This document shows, piece by piece, positions 9,118 through 18,405 of a stretch of 35,783 nucleotides of DNA. Source of the DNA: a virus; the UHGV virus genome UHGV-0117379; one strand, written 5' to 3'. The notes under the pieces are model-generated. The model did not search any database and was not told the DNA's origin. It saw nothing but the letters and a program-made list of their open reading frames with translations. Both the position numbers and the translations under genes were made by a program. The first letter of the stretch is position 1, and every line of letters begins with the position of its first letter.

Positions 9118-9403
9118 CGAACGTTGCGGACGATAAAACTGGCTTTTACCGTCCGCAAGGTTGAACAACGAGCCGTGCGAGGCGTTAGAAATTGCCTTTG
9201 TTAGTGCCTGCTTCTCATAAGAGGCACTATATATGCTAAATGCAGTGGTTTAAGGCAGAAACATCTTGCGCGATTAGGGGCAATGAACTTAAGTTAAGTA
9301 ACGCAACCAACAGTTAAAACGGTTGTCTTAGTTATAAGGAACTTGCTGTTGTGGTTGCTGGTGACGAAGTGTACACTTCCGCGCCGTATAAGAAGGAGGG
9401 GTT

Positions 9404-9622
9404 ATGTCAAGTATCGCCGCATTGAAGCTGGGTAATCCAGTTGAACGTTTGGCACGGGTTCTGAAAGAGAACCAGGACAAGCTCAATCTGAGTAAAGATG
9501 GTTTTGTGTCCGTAGATTTGTCCAACGAAGAAGCTATGAAAGCCATCCGAGATCAGATGGATAAGCTTGAAGGCATCAAAACGAGCACTGTTAAAGCAAA
9601 ATATTATTACAGAACCCGATAA
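9404..9622 (+). CDS. Hypothetical 72-aa protein (first gene of accessory module)
   Basis: Strong RBS AAGGAGGGG; stop overlaps next start (TAATG). Confidence 0.55.
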   Translation: MSSIAALKLGNPVERLARVLKENQDKLNLSKDGFVSVDLSNEEAMKAIRDQMDKLEGIKTSTVKAKYYYRTR

Positions 9623-10464
9623 TGGCAACATTACTTTTAGCAGTGATTTTGGTTAGTGGTTTTATATATGTAAACCTATCACTTTCAACACGTTATAGAT
9701 ATAAGCGTTCCAATGGCTGGGACGCTTATTTTTTTGTGGCTGCATGGGGAATTGTCTTTTTCCTCGCTGGCGGCTTCCTTACCTTCGCTCTTAACATCAG
9801 CGGTGGGTTTCGCTGGTTTTCTAATGCGCTGAATCTGACTCCAGACAGCTTTAACGGGATGTTATCCACCACAACCGATAAACCGCAGCGCATCAATGAA
9901 ATTAAGCAAATCGCGTGGGTTGTGATTTCAATAGTTCTCGCGGCGCTGTTCGGTTGGCTAAACAAACGCCGTACTTCAAAAGGGGATCGCCGTTGGGATG
10001 CACTGGCAAAGGCAGTGGGAAACAATGCTTTTGAATCGCTGCTCATGGAAGCATCAGCTCGCCAGTTTCCTATCATTGCTACACTTTCATCACGCAAAAT
10101 CTATGTAGGGCTGGTGACTTGCCCTGCGTTGGAAAATGGATTGTCGGAACACCTTGAAATTCTCCCCTTGCTGAGCGGATATCGTGATAAAGACGACCTA
10201 ACGATAAATATCACGACAAACTATCATCAGCACTATCTTGATAGCGGTGTTATCAATGGGATGTCGCGCCTGAATATCCAGGATTTCCGTGTGCTTCTCC
10301 CTAAAGATGAAGTTGAAACCATCTCGTTTTTTGATACTGAAACGTATAACAAATTTAAAGAAAACGAAGCGCGTGACCGGAAAGACTGCCGCAAGTTGGG
10401 TGGTAAAAAGCCATCCGCACGCAGGAGAAAGACTGCTGGCGACGCAGAGCAGGGTAGTGCATGA
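9622..10464 (+). CDS. Membrane protein, 280 aa (3-4 N-terminal TM helices plus about 160 aa soluble domain)
   Basis: Hydrophobic stretches LLLAVILVSGFIYV, YFFVAAWGIVFFLAGGFLTFAL, IAWVVISIVLAALFGWL; translationally coupled to the 72-aa ORF. Confidence 0.6.
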   Translation: MATLLLAVILVSGFIYVNLSLSTRYRYKRSNGWDAYFFVAAWGIVFFLAGGFLTFALNISGGFRWFSNALNLTPDSFNGMLSTTTDKPQRINEIKQIAWVVISIVLAALFGWLNKRRTSKGDRRWDALAKAVGNNAFESLLMEASARQFPIIATLSSRKIYVGLVTCPALENGLSEHLEILPLLSGYRDKDDLTINITTNYHQHYLDSGVINGMSRLNIQDFRVLLPKDEVETISFFDTETYNKFKENEARDRKDCRKLGGKKPSARRRKTAGDAEQGSA

Positions 10465-10510
10465 CTATGCTGCATGAATTTGCATGATCGTTTGAGGATC
10501 GTTTTAGCTC

Positions 10511-10538
10511 CGGCCCGCCAGTTCAGGCGGGCTTTTTC
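10511..10538 (+). terminator. Rho-independent terminator after the membrane-protein gene
   Basis: GCCCGCC-AGTTCA-GGCGGGC stem-loop followed by TTTTT. Confidence 0.7.
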
Positions 10539-10584
10539 ATATCTCATGCAGGTGCATGAAAACCACTACACAAAGCGGGCAGGC

Positions 10585-10610
10585 GTGGCGGGGATACGAG
10601 CGCGCGCTCA
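10585..10610. other. Candidate cos site (GGCGTGGCGGGGA...)
   Basis: GGCGTGGCGGGGA at 10591..10603 matches the first 13 nt of the 186/P2 cohesive-end sequence as I recall it; lies between A-side genes and Q as expected. Confidence 0.3.
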
Positions 10611-10665
10611 TTACTTTTATAATTCTAGGGTTATAATACAGGGCTATCTTTCTAGGAGAAAACAC

Positions 10666-12318
10666 ATGTCCTTAGAGTTTATCAAAGAACAGTTGTCAGA
10701 TTTTATCTCATCTACAGAACCAGAAGTAATGGCTATACAGGGTGAATGGGGAATTGGTAAAACCTATACTTGGAATACGTTCCTAAAAGATAATAAAGAT
10801 AAGGTTGCATTTAATAGATATAGTTATGTCTCTCTTTTTGGTATAAATTCACTAGATTCTTTAAAGTATTCTATTTTTGAGAATGCAATTACAAAGGAAT
10901 ATATTGGAAATAAACCTGATTTGGAGACAGCAACAACAAACGCAAGTGGACTTTTTGAATCGTTTTCTCGAAAAGCCGCAGGTTTGTTAAAAGAAGCTCC
11001 TGTTGTAAAAAACTTCTCTACGACACTTGAAGCAATGTCATTTCTGACCGTTTCTAAAATGATTGTAGTAATAGATGACTTAGAAAGGCGTGGCAAAAAC
11101 TTAGATGTTAAAGATGTTTTAGGGCTAGTATCTCTATTAAAGGAGCAGAAGGATTGTAAGGTGGTTCTATTGCTTAACAATGGCACAGCTAGTATGGAGG
11201 ATTATTCTACTTATAAAGAAAAGGTCATTGATAGAGATATCACTTACAATCCAACACCAGAAGAATGCGCAGATATAGCCTATAAAGGTGATTTTCATGT
11301 TTATAACTTGTTAAGTAAATATTCCATTTCTTTAGGTATCAAGAATATTCGAATCTTAAAAAAGATAGAACGTTTTTTCGTGTCCTTAACACCAAATATT
11401 ATAGGTGATGTTGAGACAATTTCAAATGAAGTTGCGCATTCATTAACTCTGTATTGTTGGAGCCATTACGGATTTTCTCCAGAGGGAGATGTGCCATCAC
11501 TAGAATATATTAGGGGAGTGAGGAATATATATACTTATAATGACAAGGAAGAAGGCCATGAGAAAGTCTGGCTTAATACCTTGCTTAAATATGGATATAG
11601 AAAAACGAATGATCTTGATGAGGTTCTTATTGATATGGTTAGATATGGCTATCTTGATAAGAGCAGTTTCCAAAGACAAATAAGCCTAAGGAATGAGGAG
11701 ATTACGCGTGATAATAAACGAGGTTCCTTATCTGAGGCATGGCAGTTCTTTCATAATTCATTTGATGACAATCAAAATCAGGTTGTTGACAAGCTATATC
11801 AAGCGGTGGTTGATGGGATGAAGTATGTGACTCCAAGTGATTTAGATAATGTTGTCGGACTATATAGGGATTTCGGAGAGAATGCTAAGGCGAGTGAATT
11901 GATTGAACAGTTTATTAATTATGGTAACGATGCTCTAAAGGAATATGTTCAATCTATTTATGTGAATGTTCATCCCGTAAGAGATGCTGAGTTGTTGTCA
12001 AAAATTCAAGCCTATTCTAATATTATAAATATTGATGGTTCAATATATGATGTTCTTAAGAAATTATCAGGTCAGAATGGTTGGTCTGATAGACATGAGG
12101 AAATATTGGATGCTGCTTCAGTAGATGACTACTATCAATTATTTAAAAATGTCATTCTTGATGGTGGTGATTCAATAATAGCTACGGCGCTTAAATTCGG
12201 AAATTATAGTAATGGTTCTGATAGAATGAATCGTATAGGGAAAAAGGCAAGGGATGCCTTGATAAGAATTGGAGATGAATCGGCGATTAATAAAATACGT
12301 GTAAGGCGATTTTTGTGA
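10666..12318 (+). CDS. KAP-family P-loop NTPase (550 aa), AT-rich accessory gene
   Basis: Walker A IQGEWGIGKTYTWN (G-x-W-G-x-GKT KAP signature), Walker B MIVVIDDLER; ATG 10666 with AGGAG RBS and TATAAT elements upstream; much lower GC than phage core; flanked by terminators. Confidence 0.8.
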   Translation: MSLEFIKEQLSDFISSTEPEVMAIQGEWGIGKTYTWNTFLKDNKDKVAFNRYSYVSLFGINSLDSLKYSIFENAITKEYIGNKPDLETATTNASGLFESFSRKAAGLLKEAPVVKNFSTTLEAMSFLTVSKMIVVIDDLERRGKNLDVKDVLGLVSLLKEQKDCKVVLLLNNGTASMEDYSTYKEKVIDRDITYNPTPEECADIAYKGDFHVYNLLSKYSISLGIKNIRILKKIERFFVSLTPNIIGDVETISNEVAHSLTLYCWSHYGFSPEGDVPSLEYIRGVRNIYTYNDKEEGHEKVWLNTLLKYGYRKTNDLDEVLIDMVRYGYLDKSSFQRQISLRNEEITRDNKRGSLSEAWQFFHNSFDDNQNQVVDKLYQAVVDGMKYVTPSDLDNVVGLYRDFGENAKASELIEQFINYGNDALKEYVQSIYVNVHPVRDAELLSKIQAYSNIINIDGSIYDVLKKLSGQNGWSDRHEEILDAASVDDYYQLFKNVILDGGDSIIATALKFGNYSNGSDRMNRIGKKARDALIRIGDESAINKIRVRRFL

Positions 12319-12325
12319 TTTTTAT

Positions 12326-12347
12326 AGGGGTGATTAACCCCTTTTTA
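12326..12347. terminator. Bidirectional terminator between the KAP NTPase gene and Q
   Basis: AGGGGT-GATTA-ACCCCT stem-loop followed by TTTTTA. Confidence 0.65.
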
Positions 12348-12348
12348 T

Positions 12349-13380
12349 CTAATTTAATGAGTAATCATTAAATGCTATGATTTTTTCATTTAGCCAAGTA
12401 TTAATTTCTATAAGCCTTTTTTGTAACGGAATTAATTCATTTCGGACAAAGACTTTACTAGCCTTTTCCACATCCCCAAACCCCCCAACATTATTCGGCA
12501 TTATCCCCATCATTTGCGGCGGCACGCGGTGTGCCGCCATCATGTCGTCCCGGCTCACGTTCTTAATATTCAAAAACTCATCCTTCGCTGCGACCTCTGA
12601 CAACGGGATAATCTGAAGCCCGTCCTTTTTGCCGTTAGGCGAGTACATAAACAGGTTGCGGAAGTTGCCCGGACCTTTGGCGCTTTTCATCGCATTGCGG
12701 AGGTTGTTCACATCTTCCTGGTTCTGCGCGGCATCGGTCATGTACATGATGAAGCCTGCATGACTGCCGTTAATGTAATACTTCCGGCGGAACAGCGTGG
12801 CGGACTCGTTGAGCAGGGCTGACGGAATGGCAGAAAGATAACCTGGCAGGCCGTAGATCTCCTGGTTGATGTCCGGTTCCATCAGATGAAAAATGCTGCC
12901 TTTCGTGAACTGATACTGCTGGGTTGTAATACCATATTGCACAAACCAGTAGGTATCCAGGTCTAATCCGCGTCGGGTGTATTTTGCCAGCGCAGGTTCA
13001 AGGGCGATAACTTCACCGAAGCGGTTCGTGCGTTTCTCCAGGTAGGCGTTACCAAATACCAGATAGTCCTGCACAAAACGTGAAAAAGCCTGCTGGCTGA
13101 GCAGCGGGTGAGGGATATAGGTGCTGGTCAGAATATTGCACTTTACTGCAATCGGTGAGCTGTGATGCACGGCGGCGCGGAAGGCTCGCGCCAGTCCGTC
13201 AAAACTCACTGGCGGCTCATACCAGCGATCTGTCTGTACGCATTCCACATAGTCCAGTCGTTCGCGGCGATCCAGTACTGGAATGGGATCGCCGAAGCTG
13301 AATGCTTCGGCTGAAGTCTGGCTTTTATGCTGGGTCTGGTTCTGCGACGCAGCGCGGTTCTTCTTACTCTTTCCCATCAA
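12349..13380 (-). CDS. Q: Portal protein (P2 gpQ)
   Basis: 343 aa; FSFGDPIPV...YVEC...WYEPPVSFD...aligns with the P2 Q N-terminus; adjacent to terminase. Confidence 0.9.
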   Translation of the reverse strand: MMGKSKKNRAASQNQTQHKSQTSAEAFSFGDPIPVLDRRERLDYVECVQTDRWYEPPVSFDGLARAFRAAVHHSSPIAVKCNILTSTYIPHPLLSQQAFSRFVQDYLVFGNAYLEKRTNRFGEVIALEPALAKYTRRGLDLDTYWFVQYGITTQQYQFTKGSIFHLMEPDINQEIYGLPGYLSAIPSALLNESATLFRRKYYINGSHAGFIMYMTDAAQNQEDVNNLRNAMKSAKGPGNFRNLFMYSPNGKKDGLQIIPLSEVAAKDEFLNIKNVSRDDMMAAHRVPPQMMGIMPNNVGGFGDVEKASKVFVRNELIPLQKRLIEINTWLNEKIIAFNDYSLN

Positions 13381-15143
13381 AAAATCTCCACAATATTACT
13401 GGTATTGGCGGACTCGCCCTGCAGTGGTTCGTTAAACAGTGCGTGCATTGTTGCCCACGCCAGATCGGCGTGGCTGGTTTCTTCGCTGCGGCTGGCTTCA
13501 TACGTCGGGCGGTTGCCACTGGCGGTGGTGGCGCGACGGATTGCCATGAATGACTGCGCAATGTCGGTGTGCCCGGCGTCAAACTCCAGACGGCGGTGGC
13601 TGATAATGTCGTAGGCCTTGAGTACCAGAGCGTTTTTAACGTTGGGGTTGTAGACAAACTCCCGGACGGCAGGAAAAAACGCTTTCACGTTCTCGTAAAC
13701 CCCGTGACCGACGCCGGTTGAGTCGATACCGATGTATGTCACGTTGTACTGTTCAGTCAGTTTTTTGATGGCGTCAGCCTGGGCGCGGAAGTCCATCCCG
13801 CGCCACTGGTGACGCTCAAGAATGCGGAACTTACCGCCCGGCACGGCTGGCGGTGCCACCACCACGCACCCGGCGCTGTCGCCGTTTTGCGTACCTTTTG
13901 CCGGGTCATAACCGATCCACACTTCGCGCCAGCCAAACGGGCGCAGGGCCAGTGCATGAAAGTCGGTCCAGACTTCCCAGCTGTCCACCATGCACGCCTG
14001 CAGCTCGCTGAGCGGAAACACGGACGCGAGATCGTCCACAAACTCGCACATCAGCAGGTTCTGGTATTCGTCCGGGCTGTACTCCATGCGCAACTGGTCG
14101 AGATCGAACAGGTTACATCCGCCGCGCACAGCATCTTCCACGGTGACTATCTGGCGGTATTGCCCGTCTGCGCACAGCAGGCCGGGGGCCAGATTGCTGT
14201 GGGACAGGTCGATGTCCACCTTATCGGCTTTGTTGCGCCCACGGTTGAACAGCGCACCGGACCAGAACGGATAAGCACTGTGTGTCAGGCTGGATGGTGT
14301 GGAAAAATAGGTTTGTCGCCATTTTTTGTGAATAGCCATACCGGAAGCCACTTTGCGCAGCTCCTGGAATTTCGGTATCCAGAAATATTCATCCAGATAC
14401 AGGTTGCCGTGGTAACTCTGGGCCGTGCGGGCATTGGTGCCGAGGAAGTAAAGCGTAGCCCCGTTAGGAAGCACCATCGGATCGCCTTTCAGCTCCACTT
14501 CCACTTCTTTGGCGAAGTCGATGATGTACTGTTTAAAGACGTGGGCCTGTGCCTTACTGGCGGAAAGGAAAATCTGGTTACGTCCGGTAAGCAGGGCGTC
14601 AATCAGGGCTTCACGGGCAAAGTAAAAGGTCGCGCCGATCTGGCGTGACTTCAGCAGGTTGCGGATGCGGTTGGTTTTTCCGGCTTCCCACCAGTGGCGC
14701 TGGTAGTTGAACATGGAGGAATGGAAGATTTCTTCCAGCTTCGCAATCTGTTCATCGGTGAAAACGTTCTTTTCCGGCTGACGACGCGGGCCTTTGTTGC
14801 GGTTGGCGACGTTAGGGTTTAAGTCGGCTTCGTTGCCGCCATTGTTAAACTTGCCGATCCGCGCGTGGCGCTCCGACTGGCGCGCCAGCAGGTCAATCTC
14901 TTTGAAATCTTTCCCTTCTTTGTGCTCCTTCATGATGAGCTGGCAGTAGCGTGCGGCGGTGGTGAGCTGCATCTGATCCAGCGGCCCATAGTCACCCCAC
15001 TTGTCGCGTTTCTTCCAGCTGTGAACGGTTGCAACTTTCTCGCCCAGCATTTCAGCAATGCGGGCTACGCGATATCCCTGAAAGTACAGCAGCATGGCCT
15101 GCCGACGGGGATCGAGATCTGCGGATGTCAGTGTGGTGTTCAT
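13377..15143 (-). CDS. P: Terminase large (ATPase) subunit (P2 gpP)
   Basis: 588 aa, overlaps Q by 4 nt; typical P2 P size and position. Confidence 0.9.
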   Translation of the reverse strand: MNTTLTSADLDPRRQAMLLYFQGYRVARIAEMLGEKVATVHSWKKRDKWGDYGPLDQMQLTTAARYCQLIMKEHKEGKDFKEIDLLARQSERHARIGKFNNGGNEADLNPNVANRNKGPRRQPEKNVFTDEQIAKLEEIFHSSMFNYQRHWWEAGKTNRIRNLLKSRQIGATFYFAREALIDALLTGRNQIFLSASKAQAHVFKQYIIDFAKEVEVELKGDPMVLPNGATLYFLGTNARTAQSYHGNLYLDEYFWIPKFQELRKVASGMAIHKKWRQTYFSTPSSLTHSAYPFWSGALFNRGRNKADKVDIDLSHSNLAPGLLCADGQYRQIVTVEDAVRGGCNLFDLDQLRMEYSPDEYQNLLMCEFVDDLASVFPLSELQACMVDSWEVWTDFHALALRPFGWREVWIGYDPAKGTQNGDSAGCVVVAPPAVPGGKFRILERHQWRGMDFRAQADAIKKLTEQYNVTYIGIDSTGVGHGVYENVKAFFPAVREFVYNPNVKNALVLKAYDIISHRRLEFDAGHTDIAQSFMAIRRATTASGNRPTYEASRSEETSHADLAWATMHALFNEPLQGESANTSNIVEIF

Positions 15144-15189
15144 GGCACAAACCTACAGCCTTGAATGAAGGCTTTCCCCGCCTGCGGTT

Positions 15190-15207
15190 TGTGTGGTTGT
15201 CGGTACA
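15190..15207. promoter_or_regulatory. Ogr-type late activator site TGT-N12-ACA (P/O divergent late promoter region)
   Basis: TGTGTGGTTGTCGGTACA in the P-O intergenic region. Confidence 0.5.
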
Positions 15208-15285
15208 AATACCGCGCATTGTTTCACTGCCCTCATCACCGCAACCATAAGGCTCCAGTAAGTTTTTTCTAACGGAGCACGGCTC

Positions 15286-16119
15286 ATGACAGTGAAAGCA
15301 AAGCGTTTTCGCATCGGGGTGGAAGGTGCCACCACCGACGGACGCGAAATCCAGCGTGAATGGCTGGAACAGATGGCAGCCAGCTACAACCCGGCAGTGT
15401 ATACCGCGCTGATTAACCTTGAGCACATCAAGTCTTATCTGCCGGACAGCACCTTTAACCGCTACGGCAAGGTAACGGCGCTGTTTGCTGAAGAAATCAC
15501 GGAAGGTCCGCTGGCAGGCAAGATGGCGCTGTATGCCGACGTTGAGCCAACGGAGTCCCTGGTGGAGCTGGTGAAAAAAGGCCAGAAATTATTCACTTCT
15601 ATGGAAGTCAGCCCGAAGTTCGCTGATACGGGCAAAGCCTACCTGGTTGGCCTGGCTGCCACTGATGATCCAGCCAGTCTGGGTACGGAAATGCTGACAT
15701 TCAGCGCCAGTGCAGCCCATAACCCGCTGGCAAACCGCAAGCAGAATCCCGCCAATCTCTTTACCGCCGCAGAGGAAACGGTGATCGAACTGGAAGAAAT
15801 CCAGGAGGACAAGCCGTCCCTGTTTGCCCGCGTCACGGCGCTGTTCACCAAAAAAGAGCAGTCCGACGATGCCCGGTTCTCTGATGTGCATAAGGCCGTG
15901 GAGCTGGTCGCCACTGAGCAGCAAAACCTGAGCGCACGCACCGAAAAATCCCTGTCTGAGCAGGAAGAACGCCTGTCTGAGCTGGAGACAGCCCTGCAGG
16001 CACAACAGGCCGCCTTTAACGAACTGGTGGACAAGCTGAGCCATGAGGACTGCCGCCAGGACTACCGCCAGCGTGCAACAGGCGGCAACGCCCCCGCTGA
16101 CACTCTGACCAATTGCTGA
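15286..16119 (+). CDS. O: Capsid scaffolding protein (P2 gpO)
   Basis: FRIGVEGATTDGREI...INLEHI...YLVGLAATDDPASLGTE...ATGGNA...TNC colinear with P2 O. Confidence 0.9.
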   Translation: MTVKAKRFRIGVEGATTDGREIQREWLEQMAASYNPAVYTALINLEHIKSYLPDSTFNRYGKVTALFAEEITEGPLAGKMALYADVEPTESLVELVKKGQKLFTSMEVSPKFADTGKAYLVGLAATDDPASLGTEMLTFSASAAHNPLANRKQNPANLFTAAEETVIELEEIQEDKPSLFARVTALFTKKEQSDDARFSDVHKAVELVATEQQNLSARTEKSLSEQEERLSELETALQAQQAAFNELVDKLSHEDCRQDYRQRATGGNAPADTLTNC

Positions 16120-16135
16120 TGGAGCATAAAACCCG

Positions 16136-17191
16136 ATGAAGAAGAATACCCGCTTTGCTTTTAACGCTTACCTGCAGCAGCTGGCGCGTCTGAACGGTGT
16201 GGCAGTTGAAGAACTGTCCAGCAAGTTCACCGTGGAGCCGTCTGTACAGCAGACGCTGGAAGACCAGATCCAGCAGTCCGCCGCTTTCCTGACGCTGATT
16301 AACGTCACGCCAGTGACTGAGCAGTCCGGTCAGCTGCTGGGGCTGGGTGTTGGCAGCACCATTGCCGGAACCACTGACACCACCGCGAAAGAGCGTGAAC
16401 CTGTCGATCCGACGCTGATGGTCGATGTGGAATACAAATGCGAACAGACCAACTTTGACACGGTGCTGACCTACGCGAAGCTGGACCTGTGGGCGAAGTT
16501 TCAGGATTTCCAGGTGCGTATCCGTAACGCCATCGTGAAACGTCAGGCACTGGACCGCATCATGATCGGCTTTAACGGCGTGAAGCGTGCGAAAACCTCC
16601 AACCGTAGCGAAAACCCGCTGCTGCAGGATGTGAACAAAGGCTGGCTGCAGAAAATCCGTGAGGATGCACCGGATCACGTCATGGGCAGCACCACCACGG
16701 GCGGTGAAACCACACCGGGTGCGGTGAAAGTCGGGAAAGGTGGCGAATATGCCAACCTGGACGCCGTGGTGATGGATGCGGTCAATGAGCTTATCGACGT
16801 GGTCTACCAGGACGATGACGATCTGGTGGTGATTTGCGGTCGTGAGCTGCTGTCTGACAAGTATTTCCCGCTGGTCAACAAAGACCAGGAAAACAGTGAA
16901 AAACTGGCTGCCGATATGATCATCAGTCAGAAACGCATGGGTGGCCTGCAGGCCGTGCGTGCGCCGTTCTTCCCGCCGAATGCGCTGCTGATCACCCGTC
17001 TGGATAACCTGTCCATTTACTGGCAGGAGGACACCCGCCGCCGTTCGGTTATCGACAACCCGAAACGTGACCGGATTGAAAACTTTGAATCAGTTAACGA
17101 AGCCTATGTGGTTGAGGACTACCGCTGCGCAGCACTGGTGGAAAACATCCAGATTGGTGACTTCAGCGCCGCCGCAGAAGCCGGAGCATAA
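16136..17191 (+). CDS. N: Major capsid protein (P2 gpN)
   Basis: TRFAFNAYL...KFTVEPSV...QDFQVRIRNAIVKRQALDRIMIGFNGVKRA...colinear with P2 N. Confidence 0.9.
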   Translation: MKKNTRFAFNAYLQQLARLNGVAVEELSSKFTVEPSVQQTLEDQIQQSAAFLTLINVTPVTEQSGQLLGLGVGSTIAGTTDTTAKEREPVDPTLMVDVEYKCEQTNFDTVLTYAKLDLWAKFQDFQVRIRNAIVKRQALDRIMIGFNGVKRAKTSNRSENPLLQDVNKGWLQKIREDAPDHVMGSTTTGGETTPGAVKVGKGGEYANLDAVVMDAVNELIDVVYQDDDDLVVICGRELLSDKYFPLVNKDQENSEKLAADMIISQKRMGGLQAVRAPFFPPNALLITRLDNLSIYWQEDTRRRSVIDNPKRDRIENFESVNEAYVVEDYRCAALVENIQIGDFSAAAEAGA

Positions 17192-17194
17192 ACC

Positions 17195-17845
17195 ATGAGC
17201 CTGAGTCCCGCACGGCAGCATCGCCTGCGCGTTCAGGCTGAACAGGCCGCCCGCGAGGGCGGCAGTGTTCGCCACGCGTCGGGCTATGACCTGATGCTGC
17301 TGCAACTGGCGGAAGACCGCCGCCGTCTCAAGGGCGTTCAGTCCACGGTGAAAAAAGCGGAAATTAAGGTGGAGCTGCTGCCGAAGTACGCCGCCTGGGC
17401 AGAGGGTGTCCTGACTGCCGGAGGCGCACAGCAGGATGACGTGCTGATGTACGTGATGCTGTGGCGCATTGATGCCGGAGATTATGCCGGGGCGCTGGAG
17501 ATCGGGCGTCATGCCCTGCGTCATGGCTGGGTGATGCCGCTGGGTAACCGCAATGTGCAGACCGTGCTGGCAGAGGAAATGGCAGACGCGGCGCAGAGCG
17601 CAATGCTTGCCGCCACCGGCTTTGATGCCGATCTGTTGTTGCAGACGCTGGAGCTGACAGACGGTCTGGATATGCCGGACCAGTCACGAGCGCGTCTGCA
17701 TAAAGCGATTGGCGCTGTCCTGAGTGAAAGCAATCCGGCTTCTGCCCTTAACCATCTCAACCATGCGTTACAGCTCGATCCCCGCTGTGGCGTGAAAAAA
17801 GACAAACAGCAGCTGGAGCGCAGACTGCGCAATGACAGCCGCTGA
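17195..17845 (+). CDS. M: Terminase small/endonuclease subunit (P2 gpM)
   Basis: LPKYAAWAEGVL..GAQQDDVLMYVMLWRIDAGDYAGALEI matches P2 M. Confidence 0.9.
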   Translation: MSLSPARQHRLRVQAEQAAREGGSVRHASGYDLMLLQLAEDRRRLKGVQSTVKKAEIKVELLPKYAAWAEGVLTAGGAQQDDVLMYVMLWRIDAGDYAGALEIGRHALRHGWVMPLGNRNVQTVLAEEMADAAQSAMLAATGFDADLLLQTLELTDGLDMPDQSRARLHKAIGAVLSESNPASALNHLNHALQLDPRCGVKKDKQQLERRLRNDSR

Positions 17846-17940
17846 CAGAACGTGCCCCCGCGCACGGGCGGCACGGGGTGGCGAAAGGCATAGCCACATC
17901 AAAATCCCGTCCACCGCCCTCTATTTCAGGAGAAAGCAGC

Positions 17941-18405
17941 ATGAAGTTTGTTGCGCCAGAACAGGCACCGGAACAGGCGGAAATCATCAGAAATACGCCG
18001 TTCTGGCCTGATGTGGACCTGTCGGAGTTTCGCAGCGTGATGCGCACTGACGGCACGGTGACGCAGCCGCGTTTAAAGCAGGTTGCCCTGTCGGCAATTT
18101 CGGAGGTCAACGCAGAGCTGTATGAGTTTCGCAGACGTCAGCAGATGCTGGGATATGTGTCGCTGGCTGAGGTTCCGGCGGAACAGCTGGACGGCAAAAG
18201 TGAGCGCATTCAGCACTATTTCAACGCGGTTTACTGCTGGGCACGCGCCATGCTCAACGAACGATACCAGGACTATGACGCCACGGCATCCGGTGTGAAG
18301 CGAGGCGAGGAACTGGCGGAATCCAGCGGTGATTTGTGGCGTGACGCCCGCTGGGCCATCAGCCGGGTGCAGGATGCGCCGCACTGCACAGTGGAGCTTA
18401 TCTGA
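17941..18405 (+). CDS. L: Capsid completion protein (P2 gpL)
   Basis: IIRNTPFWPDVD...NAELYEFRRRQ...WRDARWAISRVQ aligns with P2 L; ATG 17941 with AGGAG RBS preferred over GTG 17878. Confidence 0.75.
   Translation: MKFVAPEQAPEQAEIIRNTPFWPDVDLSEFRSVMRTDGTVTQPRLKQVALSAISEVNAELYEFRRRQQMLGYVSLAEVPAEQLDGKSERIQHYFNAVYCWARAMLNERYQDYDATASGVKRGEELAESSGDLWRDARWAISRVQDAPHCTVELI

Noticed and set aside
13809-14648. 279-aa ORF on + strand inside terminase gene P
   Set aside because: Antisense to a well-supported conserved gene; no RBS; GC-rich antisense frames commonly stay open
16016-16678. 220-aa minus-strand ORF overlapping the O/N genes, and similar antisense ORFs across the late region (e.g. 15052..15426, 17090..17524, 22569..22991, 24304..24891, 25413..26017)
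   Set aside because: All overlap strongly supported phage structural genes on the other strand and lack start signals
17846-17940. GC-rich imperfect hairpin (GTGCCCCCGCGCACGGGCGGCAC) between M and L
   Set aside because: Imperfect stem, no U-tract; M and L are co-transcribed in P2. Possibly just intergenic structure
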